A stretch of DNA of 64,000 nucleotides from Geosiphon pyriformis uo1 (GCA_016748015.1 JAAOMT010000607.1:434001-498000), one strand, 5' to 3'; counted from the first letter of the stretch, positions 12,801 to 23,716 are shown. Notes: generated by a model not told the origin, from the sequence alone. A program made the numbers and translations.

Positions 12801-14444
12801 CTAAGTAGTGTTTCCTGGAATGTTGCTTCCGTGATAGTGTCACTCGGATAAGTTGGAATAGTAAGTTCAACGGGTAATGTGGCTTTTCTTCCATAAACTA
12901 GTTCGAACGGTGTGAATTGTGTAGTATCTTGTTTTACTGTTCTATATGCTAGTAGTACTGCTGATATGAACAAATCCCATTCTTTTTCATGTTCGTTACT
13001 AATTTTCGCCAGTGATTCGCATAATGTGCGATTAAATCTTTCAACTAATCCATTTGTTTGAGGGTGGTATGGTGATAACAGTGGTCGCTTGATTCCAAAT
13101 TTTTGGCTAAGTTCTTTTAAGGTACTGTTTACAAAGTGTGTGCCTTGATCTGATAGCAATTCTTGTGGACATCCATGTCGGCAAATTAAGTCTTCATGTA
13201 CGAATTGAGCTATGGAAATAGCATCAGCTGTTTTAATAGCTCTAGCTTCTGGCCATTTGGTGAGATAGTCCATGGCTACTGCAATATAACGGTTGTTTCT
13301 TGTTGTTATTGGNNNNNNNNNNNNNNNNNNNNNNNNNNNNNNNNNNNNNNNNNNNNNNNNNNNNNNNNNNNNNNNNNNNNNNNNNNNNNNNNNNNGTTCT
13401 TTTTATGTATGTTATTTTGGAGCTATTAACTGTGATTTCTAGATCGGATTTTAATTGTTGTAAGCTTTCAACTAATTGTTGAGTTATATTGTTGATGTTT
13501 TCTGGAATAAGTATCATTGTTTTAATTTTGAATGTTATTTTGGAATCTTTTGCATGCGTTTTTATGGTTGTTAAATCATTTTTGCTGTGATCTAAGATTA
13601 ATTATCTTTTCGAATAATGTTCAATTAAAACTATTAGTTCTAAATCTCATGGAATTTGTTCTGGTAGAATTAAAGGTAATTGTGTTCCAATTCTGGGTGT
13701 TTTTGTTGTTATTACTGGTTTACTGCAATAGAATTTCAGCCGGTTACCATGTGCTGCTTTTCTTAATATTTTATCATCTAGTCTTAGCTTGTATGCTCCA
13801 TTTCCAAGTATTTCGTGAATATAAAATGGTCCATCCCACTTGTGATCAAATTTTCCACTCCACTGTTTTTCCATTTTTGTACAATGCAACAATACTTTAT
13901 CTCCAATTTTGTAGCTAATTATATTATCTGGTAACTGGTTATCATGTCTCACTTTTTGTTGTTCTTGTGATTGTTCAATATTTTGTGCTGCTTTTCTTCT
14001 TTTGTTTTCTAAAGTTCCCATTAATTCGTATGTTCTTCTAAGTNNNNNNNNNNNNNNNNNNNNNNNNNNNNNNNNNNNNNNNNNNNNNNNNNNNNNNNNN
14101 NNNNNNNNNNNNNNNNNNNNNNNNNNNNNNNNNNNNATTATGTCTGAGCTCATTTTTGGCCAATAGTAATGGCTAGTTGCACGTTGGATGGTTGCTGTTT
14201 TTCCAAAGTGGCCTGAATGAATATCTGAGTGCATGTTAAATAAGATAGTTTCTTTTTCATCCATGGTTATAACTCTTAATGGATTATCTGGATTTTGTCG
14301 ATTCCGGTAATAAAGTATGTGATTTTGGATGAAATAGTGTTTTGCTAATTTTTGGAGCTTAATTAGCTCTTTTACTGGCATTTTTTTGTCTATTTGTAGT
14401 GTTTCCAAGTATTGGCTGAGGTTTTTGTAAAGGTGGTTGTTCAT
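12801..14444 (-). pseudogene. int: Element C integrase (own ATG at 14444), in three gap-separated and apparently mis-ordered pieces
   Basis: MNNHLY..HSDIHSGH (14444-14136); core LSDQGTHF/PYHPQTNGLVERFN (13311-12801); C-terminus WDGPFYI (14043-~13602). Confidence 0.9.
13396..13517 (-). pseudogene. Element C ORF3, N-terminus (cut by gap)
   Basis: ACA-ATG start; MILIPENINNITQQLVESLQQLKSDLEITVN resembles the start of B ORF3. Confidence 0.55.
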
Positions 14445-14473
14445 TGTTGTTGTGGCAGGTGGGTTGGTGATTT

Positions 14474-17400
14474 TTATGTGTGTCTCATTCTTGACAAACA
14501 GTCGGCATTAGCATTTTTGGTACCTTCTTTGTATTTGATAATATAATCATATGGTGCTAATGTTTGTGACCATCTGGCGTATTTTCCTTTTAGTGCTTTC
14601 TTGTTATTTAACCAGACCAGACCTCTATGATCTGTCATAATCTCAAAGGGTTGGTACCGTAAATATGTGTCAAAGTGAACACAACTCCAGACTACTGCTA
14701 AGCATTCAAGTTCATGTGCTGCGTAGTTTTGTTCTGCCGTACTGAGACTTCTGCTGGCATAAGCGATTATATGTTCTCTTCCATTATCATCTTTTTGTGA
14801 CAGAATGGCTCCAAGTCCAGTTCCAGAGGCATCTGTGGCCAAAATAAATTTCTTGTTGAAATTTGGATAGATTATTATTGGTGATTCAATGAGCTTTTGT
14901 CTAAGGTACTCAAAAGCTTTTTGTTGTGCTTCAGTCCATTCAAACTTCACATTTTTAGATAGTAGGTAATTAAGGGGTTTGGCGATGTTTGAAAAGTTTT
15001 CTACAAAGCGGCAGTAGTAAAATGCGAGTCCTAAAAAGCTTCTAACTTCTGAGACATTTCAAGGTACTGGAAAATTTTTCACTTTGTCTATTTTTGATGG
15101 ATCTGGTTTTATTCCATCTTTTCCAACTACATGTCCTAAAAATGCTAGCTCATTTTTCCCAAAGAAACATTTTTCTAGATTTAGTTTAAGTCCAGCGTGT
15201 TTCAATCTCTCAAAAACTTGTTGTAAATGTTGGAGATGATCCGTGAATTTTGACGAGAAAACATTTGTATCATCCAAGTAGACAACAACGAATTGCCACA
15301 AGATTCCGGAGTAAATTACGTCCATTAGTCTTTGGAATGTCGCGGGAGCGTTTGTTAATCCAAATGGCATTACATTGAACTCATAATTGCCATTTTGTGT
15401 TGTGAATGCTGTTTTATGCCTGTCCTTTGGGTCCATTTCCACTTGCCAGTACCCACTGGTCAAGTCCAGTGTAGAAAACCATTTTGCTCCTCCAAAAACG
15501 TCGAAGATTTCGTCAATTAACAGTATTGGGTATGAGTCTTTGGTTGTTTTGCTGTTTAGTTTGCGATAGTCGACACAAAATCTAATTTTTCCGTTCTTTT
15601 TCCTTACTAAAACAACTGGTGAGGACCATGGGCTCATTGATGGTTGTATTATTCCTTTTTCCAACATGCTTTGGATTTCTTCTCTGATAAAATTATGCTC
15701 TATTGGTGGGACATGGTAAGTGCATTGTTTTTCAGGTCTGGCGTCTCCAGTGGAGATTTGGTGTTGAACCAAGTTGGTTCTTCCAAATTCGCCATTTCTT
15801 GAAAATATATCAGAGTATTTTAAAATTAATGCTTTTAATTGTCGCTGTTGGTCAGGATCCATTGTTCCAATGTTTAATTTGGCCAATTCTTCTGGCGTAA
15901 ATTGATAGCATTCTAATGGTTGTTGCCAATTTATTGAAGTGAGTTCACAGTAGAGGGCAATTTCTGGGAAATTTAGAATTTCTTGTGGTGTTGACACATT
16001 TTCTAGCTCCGTTTCAAAGTATCCAATGATGGTATCTTCCAGAATTTAAACGGGTTTTTTTGTGGTGTTTGCGATAGGAATTTTTATCCATTGAGCTTTA
16101 TCAGCTGGAATAAAAAGGTTAGTAAGTCCTATGAGAAACTGTTGGCAAGTTTCTGGGTAGGGCTCAAATATTAGATCTTTTTCTTTAATTGTCCTTTTTA
16201 TTCTTATTTCTGATTTTCCATATGGTAGGAGCGTGATGGACCGCTCATTTTTAATTACTTCGCCTTTTTCCTCTATTGTTTCAGCGAAATTCGCTTCAAT
16301 TTCTTTTCCTGTCAATCCGAAACCAAAAGTTCCTCTCATTGTTTGTGACAATTCCTCACGATTTTTCACTGGCACGAATTTCCCAATTTTTACCAATGGT
16401 AGGAAAATTGCTTGTGCAATCTTTTCCTTAGATTCAATGGTATAAGGCTTTTCTGAATTGTTCTGTAGCAAAACCATCAAATTTCTAGTGTATCCGGAGT
16501 CAATTACTTCTCCTTGAATGCTTATTTTTTTTTTCGCGAGGCTTGATTGTGATGCCATTTAAACCATTATTCCTGGCGGAATTTCAACCACTATTTTTAG
16601 GTCGATTTTGGTGATGCTCCTGGGTGGTAACGTTGTGGATTGGTCTTCCGGATAACGTAGATCGAATCTGGTGTCGGTTGGATGGGCTTTTTCGGGTATT
16701 ATTCCTAAGTGCCCATTGTCGAAGTATTGGATGTCAGTCACCTGTTCTAGGTCAGTATAGGCTATAAATTTTTTTGACTCGGGACCGTCAGGTGAGTCTT
16801 GTTGATTTATTGATTGATTTTGAGACTGCTGATTCTCAATTTCCATTTTTCTTTCTAAGTCCCTTTCATCTTGACAATCTTCACAGCACTGATTTTGGCA
16901 TGGGATGAGACAGTTTTTGCAGAGGTAAGTGTTGATTTGGGCGAGGTATTGTTCTTGCTCTTGTCAAGTGGGGCATAGTTGTTGGTAGTAGTCCTGGAAT
17001 TTGTCCACTGGGTCGAACATGTTGTAGCTGGCGACTTCGTCGGCTACTTCGGCTGACTCTTTCCAATGTCGTATTTCTTCGGCGGTTCCTCCTTTTACTT
17101 TGGCTTGTGTGGTGTTGTACAACTCGTCCTTGTTGTGTGGGTAGTGCTGTAGTCTTTTTAACGCTCTGTTGAATGCTGCTTCGAATGGTGTTCCTCCTCT
17201 TACCCAGTCACAAATGAGGATTGTGTATTGGCAAGTTGCGTCACACGTTCCTCCTCTGCCTGGTATGTCGTTCCAGTCACATTCTCTTGGTAACGGTTTT
17301 CTACAAGCAAGGCACGGTTCCTCATCCCATTTTCTGTGTCTTTCTGGGTAACCATATTTTTCTTTGTTACAATGGTTACAATAGTAGTGGGTGGGGTTTC

Positions 17401-20175
17401 TTGGGTCTTCGTCTGGTGCGCTGCACGCAGTCATAGACGAGAGTTTCTTCTTGCAAACCGAGCATTCTAACTTTGGTTTGCGTTGCTGGTGGTTTCTTCG
17501 TGAACTTACCTGGTTCCATTCGGATCTTTCTTCACTGGTCCACGTTGGTACGGCTGGTAGTCCTGTTTTTTGGTCATCAGCCCAAGAGAGCTGATAGGTT
17601 TTGATGGCTGGTAGTGCTGGATTTTCCTCAAATTCGAAGATAGGTCTTTGGTTGGCGCTGGGTTTTTGGAAGTGGCCACAGGTGGCTGGAATTTTGGCCT
17701 GGTGGCCATTATAATTGATCAGAAGCTCTTGGGTGGTCCAGTCTAGGGTGGCATTGGCTTTTGTTAGCCAGTCATTCCCTACTAACGCTTGATATTGTGT
17801 AGCGTCCATTACTAATACTTTTGTAGGTATTACTATGCCATTAATTTCGAAAGGGAATGAGTCGATTTTGCCATGAGGCAGCTTTGTACTTTCATTGGCT
17901 GTTATGATTTGGGACATCGCGGCACGATCAACTTTGAAACCCAGTTGGTTTACTAGTTGAAGTGTTACGATGCTTCCAGCGGATCTGCTGTCTAAGATAA
18001 GTTTGATTGGGGTATTGTTTACAGTGGCTTCTGTATACATAGCAGTGATTGGGCGTTTTTTGTCCAATGCTGCTCCACTGAACATAGTCTTGTTTTCCTC
18101 TAATTCAAAAGGAAAAATAGCTGCGAGGCTGCTATCTTTGGTGGCAACTGCTGGTGGTATTGTCTGGCTCAATTTGGAGGAATTCTTGGTTCTGTTTATG
18201 TTTCTACTGTTATTATTTCCGATAATCAGGTTTTCCGGTATATTAAGATAAGTTTGTTGATAATTTTGGTAGTTTGGATTGGTTTACTGATTGGTTCCAG
18301 CGCAGTTTGGATTCCTCTGGACCAACGCGTTCTGGTTCTACATGGGCTGATTTCGGGCCTCGGGACGCCAATTCGGGTTGGCTATCATGGGCTGTTGCTG
18401 GTAAGCTCCTTGATTTTGATACGTGGTGGGATATTGGCGTGATATTGGCATGTACTGGTTTCTGGGCATTTGGGGTGGCGTGTAGTAATTATTTTTGTGC
18501 TTCCTGCATCATTCACATTCGACATTGACTAATCAAATGTCCTATGCGTTTGCAAAAATGGCAGGTACGTGTTTCTGTTCTGAATTCCTGGCGCGACGAG
18601 CGATTATTTCGATTGTCACTGACTTCCTGGCTGCATCTTTGGGGTGGTTGGTATGTATTTTTTCTCGGATCTGGGATGAGGTAACTTTCTATTTTCTTAG
18701 AGAGTTCCTCCCCTAATCGCGTTACTCTTTTCTCTAATGTTTCTGTTTTATTTTCCTCCATTACTATGTTAACCATTTGACTATGGTTAGCTTTTTTCTC
18801 AGCCGATTCAAGGGCTCTGGCGAGCGTAACGGCTTCTGGTAAGGAATTAGGGTGGGCAGGGCATACTCTTCCTAAAATGCTGCTTTTTAATCTTCTAATA
18901 AACTGATTTAAAACCTGAGGATCAGTGTAGTATCCTTTGTTCAATTGCTTCAATCTGACGGCGAATTCGATTGAATCAAGCAAGATATTGGGTGACAGTT
19001 TTACTGGTATTTTGCTTGATAGTATTGAATTTGTTCTGTAGTTGGATTACGGCATTTGGGTCGCTAAAATACTCCAGGAGTGCATTTTTAAATTTGGCGA
19101 AGCTCATGGGTTTTGTTTCTAGGCTTTGATATCACGAGTCGGCTGTGTCTTTCAGGAAGAAAGGTAATGTTTGAATTGCTCTTTGGTCGTTCCAGTTATT
19201 TGCCTGGATGGCTTTTTGTGCTTCTCTGAGCCATGTGTGCACGTCCGTTTCTTCTTCCTCTCTTGAGAAATCTGTTAGTCTTGTAATGTATGGTGTGGTC
19301 ATTTTGTTGCCATTTTTTGCTGGTGGGTTTATTGGTCTAAGAGGAGGTGGGATGATATTTCATTGAGTGTTCCTAAAGGTGGCTTCCCTTATATCCGGTT
19401 CTTCCTCTTGATCATGAGTTTCTTGGTTTCTGGACTGGCTGCTTGTTCCAGTGACTGGTTTTGTGATTGTTTTTTCGCTGGTTTCTTTTTCGGATTCCGA
19501 TTCAGACTCCTTTTTACGGTTTTCAAATCCCATTCTAAATTTTGGCTGAAAAAGAGGGTTTTGGAATAGTGATAAATATCTTTCTGTAATTGGTATGTCT
19601 CCCCAGTTACATTGTTTAATTTTATCAGTATAACTAGAAGTTCTTGGCATTTGTGGAGTTGATGTTGATGATGATGCAGCTCCTAATGGAATTTGTATCT
19701 TATTTTCTGGTGAAAAATAGTATGATTTATCTTCTGATAAATAAATATGTTGTTTCTTTATTGATTGAGTGACAGTTTTCTTTGGCGTTTGAGCTGGTGT
19801 TTTTTGCTGGTTACTTTCCTGATTAGTTTCTAAATTTTTTTTGGTTTTGTTGGCGCATTCCCTAGTGTTTCCTGTGGATATTAGAAAATTTTCGTTGGCG
19901 TATTGCTCAATTTCTCGATGGATTTTGACAATAGTTGCAGCTATCACTGCTACTTCTTTTGTAGTGTATTGTGATAATTCTCTATACAATCTAAGTTTTG
20001 CGTCATGTGGTTCTTCTTCCTTTCCTATATGATAATTTATTCTGGTGTTGATATAATAAGTGAGGGCAGATTCTGCTGGACAACACCCTTCTGGTAATCC
20101 AAGATCACTCTGATTTTGTGTGTAAATAGCACGGCAGAATTCAAGAACAGTAAGATTAGGAGTTTTTGTTGCCAC
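14474..20175 (-). pseudogene. gag-pol: Element C ORF1: GTG-initiated Gag-PR-Cys-rich-dUTPase-RT-RNase H polyprotein, lightly disrupted
   Basis: CHFCKRIGHLISQC knuckle; LILDSRSAG protease; CSVC/CNHC/CLAC/CDATC; TDTRFDL, ASQSS, GEVIDSGY, KIAQ and RGTFGFGLTG dUTPase motifs; YLDD RT; TDASGTGLGA...NANADCLSRMRHT* RNase H. Confidence 0.92.
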
Positions 20176-20239
20176 TTTTGTCTTTTCCTTTTTAGCAATG
20201 AATTATTGCTAATTATTATTTCCTTTTTGATTTTCTTTT

Positions 20240-20255
20240 CTCGTAGGGTTCACCA
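20240..20255 (-). promoter_or_regulatory. Primer binding site of element C (tRNA-Trp-like)
   Basis: Minus-strand TGGTGAACCCTACGAG, 2 nt after the LTR end; complementary to ..GGGTTCACCA, like eukaryotic tRNA-Trp 3' ends (tRNA identity from memory). Confidence 0.65.
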
Positions 20256-20257
20256 AA

Positions 20258-21124
20258 TGTTACGGGATGGTTTTCTTGTTATATTTAATTGCTGATATCC
20301 CACTTTAATTGCAATCAGTCTTTCGTGAGTTCTTCAATTCTATTTGTGTGATAATGTCACTATTACACTAAAGGCTTTCTTTTTACTGTTGCGATGTAAG
20401 TTATTCTTTAATTCTTGATTGTTGTGTGTGTTTATGTACTCCTTCTCAGAGGCTGAACTGAAATCTACCCACTGTCTGGGGTCTTCTCTGAGGCTATCCT
20501 TGCAATTGCCTGATGTGTTTCTCTAATCTAAAAACACAGAATGTTAATGGTTTTTAGTGCTTTTCTAATTCTTATGATAAAGCTTTTATCAATTAGTAAC
20601 AACGTGAATAATTTTGATCAAGGATTATTCTTCCAAGGGATTTAGTTGATGAATGATAGTTTCATTCAATAAATAATACAAGTAAGTTTCTTAATACTTT
20701 GGGTTGTGATAGTTCCGTTTTAAATATTCTTTTTCATTTTTTTTTGATTTTTAAAGGTTTCTTAGGATATTTAATTTGAAAGTATGATTTAAAGTGGAGT
20801 TTGCTGGATAAAATTGGATCTGTTGCTTGATAAATTATGATTTTTATTACTTGATTTTTTATTTCCCAATATTAAAACTACTGTATATATACATGTTTGT
20901 AGTTCTATGAAAAAATACTTTCTTTTTGATATTTCAACCTGGTGTTTGCTGCTATCACCAGTTGGTGTTGGCTGCTATTGTGAACTGGTGCTTGCCACTA
21001 TCGCGAGATGGTATTTGCTACTATGTTAATCATTACCTTTCTAAGATTATTACTGTGCTATATTATAATTGAATAGTTTGTATTATTTTTATGATTCTTT
21101 TTGCTAAATTCTTAAACCGTAACA
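20258..21124 (-). repeat. 5' LTR of element C
   Basis: Perfect 8-bp terminal inverted repeat TGTTACGG/CCGTAACA; ~23-bp imperfect tandem repeat x4 at ~20941-21025. Confidence 0.92.
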
Positions 21125-21128
21125 ACGT

Positions 21129-22798
21129 GGCTGATTTTGGGCATGATTAGAGTTTCCTTGATTATTGCATCATTGTGGAGGCTGATAAATGGCATGATTG
21201 TCAGCTAAGTATCCTTCCAATTTCTTATTAATTGATTTATTGAACTTCTCCAATTTGGAATCCAATTCAGATGATCCATTCATTACTAGATTAATGGCTT
21301 GGGCATGGTTAGCCTCTGACTCAGCAGATTCAAAATTTCTGGTGCATGTAACTGTGTCTTGAAGGGTGCCTGGATGCAAGGGACATACATGTTGCAAGAT
21401 GCTACTGTACAGGCCACGGATAAACTGATTGAGTATCTGTGGTGCTGTGAAATAGTTGGCATTAATTGCTTGAATTTGGTGCAGGTTTCAATGGAAGTGT
21501 CCCAGGTAAGTGGTGACTGTTTCAGTTTCTCCTTGTTTCATGGTGGTGAATGTATTGACTAGGCAATTAATACTGTTATTGTTGCTGAAGTATCTTAGGA
21601 ATTCCACTTTGAAGGCATTAAAATCTTGTGGTTTATTAACCAAGCTCTAATACCATGAATTGGTGGTATTCTTGAAAAAGTAGGGAATGGCTTGCATTGC
21701 TCAGACATCATTCCATCTGTTGGCTGCGATGGCCTTTTCTACATCATTCAGTCATACTTGAGTGTTATTCTCTTCACCTGTAAAGTTGTCAAGTTTTGTG
21801 ATTGGTGCATAGGCCATTGGATCTAAGTTAGGTGGTTATGGTGGCTGTTGAAGCAGTTGTTGTTGTCCTGGCTGCTGAGATGGTAGTTGAAGTGGCTGCT
21901 GTATAGATTCAGCTATGGGATTAATCAGTGGTTGATCGATAATGATTACCAGAGATAAGTTTTGCTGATTAATTAATTCAGGGTTTGGATTGTTCTGTCT
22001 TTGATGATTCAGAGTTTTGATTTCTGAATTTTCTAGATTTAGATTTTGCTGAGTTTGAAAATTTGGGGTTTCAACTTTTGGGTTTTCAATGATCAGGTAC
22101 TGGTAAGTGAATTCTTGGTCCTCTGATTTTTCTTCCTCTTTTTCTGATTCTGCTGTTTCTTATGGATCAAAGATTCCGAAATCTGGTGGAGGCAGTGGTG
22201 ATCAAAGTTCTGATGGGATTGATGATCGCGAATTAAATCCCTTAAAGTATTCGCCATATGGTCCTAATAATTCTGTTTTCCTTTGTCTACTTTGGAATGG
22301 GAATCATCCAAATGCTGATGTCACAGTTGATGGGAATGCATTTGTTAATGATATGTGGATGGTGCTTCCAGGTGTATAATGGTAGGATGGGTTGCTTGGA
22401 GATTCAATTCTGTTTTTTTTCCAAGTAAACAGCTGTATTTTTCTGGGTGTTACTGCTGGTGTTTGTAATTTTCCCTTGCCTTTACTAACATATGTAATTG
22501 GATATCTTTGTTGAGTGTGATGTTCAATTTCTTTGTTGATCTCAGTGATGATGGATGTGAAATTATGATTTGTTGGTAGGTTGGTGTTTTGAATTAATTC
22601 CCTATAGAAAGTTTCTCTTGCTGATTCAGTATTCACTGGTGTTCCTAATAAAGAGGAAATCTTTTCATTGATGTAGAAATTGAAGGCTGATTCGGTGGAT
22701 ATATGATTGTGATTTAATCCCAAGTATTGACAATAGTGTTGAAATAAAGATTTTGCAAATCCTAAATGGTTTGCTTCTATATTTTCTGATTCTGCCAC
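21129..22798 (-). pseudogene. gag: Element B ORF1, 5' part (GTG-initiated N-terminal domain, linker, capsid)
   Basis: VAESENIEANHLGFAKSLFQHYCQ..; capsid start MAYAPITKLDNFTGEE at ~21817; LNQFIRGL..HPGTLQD capsid C-terminal region. Confidence 0.85.
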
Positions 22799-22842
22799 TT
22801 TTGGTTTGGTGTCATTGGTGCTGGTTCTTTGTAAGATTATAT

Positions 22843-22858
22843 CTTACAGGGAGCACCA
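22843..22858 (-). promoter_or_regulatory. Primer binding site of element B
   Basis: Minus-strand TGGTGCTCCCTGTAAG, 2 nt after the LTR; complementary to a tRNA ending ..CAGGGAGCACCA (Ile-UAU or elongator Met type; not verified). Confidence 0.75.
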
Positions 22859-22860
22859 AA

Positions 22861-23712
22861 TGTTACAGGTGATTATTTCTGCTGTTGAATTAAATAATAA
22901 ACCTGTAACTTGGTGCTCAAAAACTACTTCTGTTGATGATGTTTGGTAAGTGTTGTATCTGAAGATTTTAATGGAGTCTTTTGTATAACGAACAGAGATT
23001 CAATAGTGTCAATAGTAGATGTATCTTTCCAAGAGTTTTTCCAATTTCTTTTTCAGCATGGTGGCCAGATTTAGTCTGGCAGTCATGCTTTTCTGGTAAG
23101 CTATCTGATAATATATAAAATCCTACCCTTATTTCTGGGTCTTTTACTAGGCTATCTTTGACATCAATAACTCAGCACTTAAGCTTTTAATCAATTAGTA
23201 TACCACAATAGAATCAAAAAAGAATGAAAATAAAATAAATAAAATAAAATAAAGAGAAATAGAGAAATTAAGCCAAAGCAATTTGGTACATTAGTATCTC
23301 ATTAATAGCCATGATCAAGAGCTATTGTTCCAGTATGGTTAAGTATCAATTACTATCAACATAAAGTGTTGATAGGGAGAAATGGATTGTGATATAAAAT
23401 AATTATTTATTTGATGATTGTGTTTTTGAGCTAAGGATTCTGTTATATCGATTCTGTCTTTTTTGTTTCTACTTCTACTGCTATATATACATAATTGAGA
23501 TTCCTTAATTCCTCGATTCTTCATGACAGGAATCCTAGAATTCTTGGAATCTTGCAATTTCTATGCGAGGAATCTTGGAATTCTGGAATCCTGCAATTCC
23601 TTATCGGGGAATCCTGAAATTCCTGGAATCCTGGAATTTCACATTTTACTATGCCTACTTCTGATTGGCTAATAATCATGCTAATATATTTCCTATATTT
23701 CTATGAGTAACA
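22861..23712 (-). repeat. 5' LTR of element B
   Basis: TGTTAC..GTAACA termini; copy of 4430-5302. Confidence 0.95.
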
Positions 23713-23716
23713 TTGG

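Larger units (their letters stand above)
11996..21124 (-). mobile_element. Ty3/Gypsy element C (youngest, different family) inserted in gag of B
   Basis: LTR 20258-21124 has TGTTACGG..CCGTAACA termini; the matching LTR part at 11996-12217 runs into a gap; TSD ATGT/ACGT. Removing C restores B gag (QNQPRPSSSTNQQWQQEMHICHYC). Confidence 0.92.
4430..23712 (-). mobile_element. Full-length Ty3/Gypsy element B inserted in the dUTPase of A; itself interrupted by C
   Basis: Paired LTRs 4430-5302 and 22861-23712; 4-bp TSD TTGG (4426-4429 / 23713-23716); PBS next to 22861; PPT at 5303-5317. Removing B restores A's reading frame. Confidence 0.95.

Noticed and set aside
12157-12894. Long ORFs consisting mostly of X
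   Set aside because: Artefacts of translating N gaps.
13647-13650. ATGA stop/start overlap at the apparent end of C integrase
   Set aside because: The TGA is probably a mutated CGA: the frame continues DLELIVLIE, matching B's NLEPIVII, and the ATG is out of frame with ORF3.
18488-18500. Possible programmed gag-pol frameshift in C after the zinc knuckle
   Set aside because: A has knuckle and protease in one frame (2179 vs 2524), so a 1-nt slip in an A-run is more likely.
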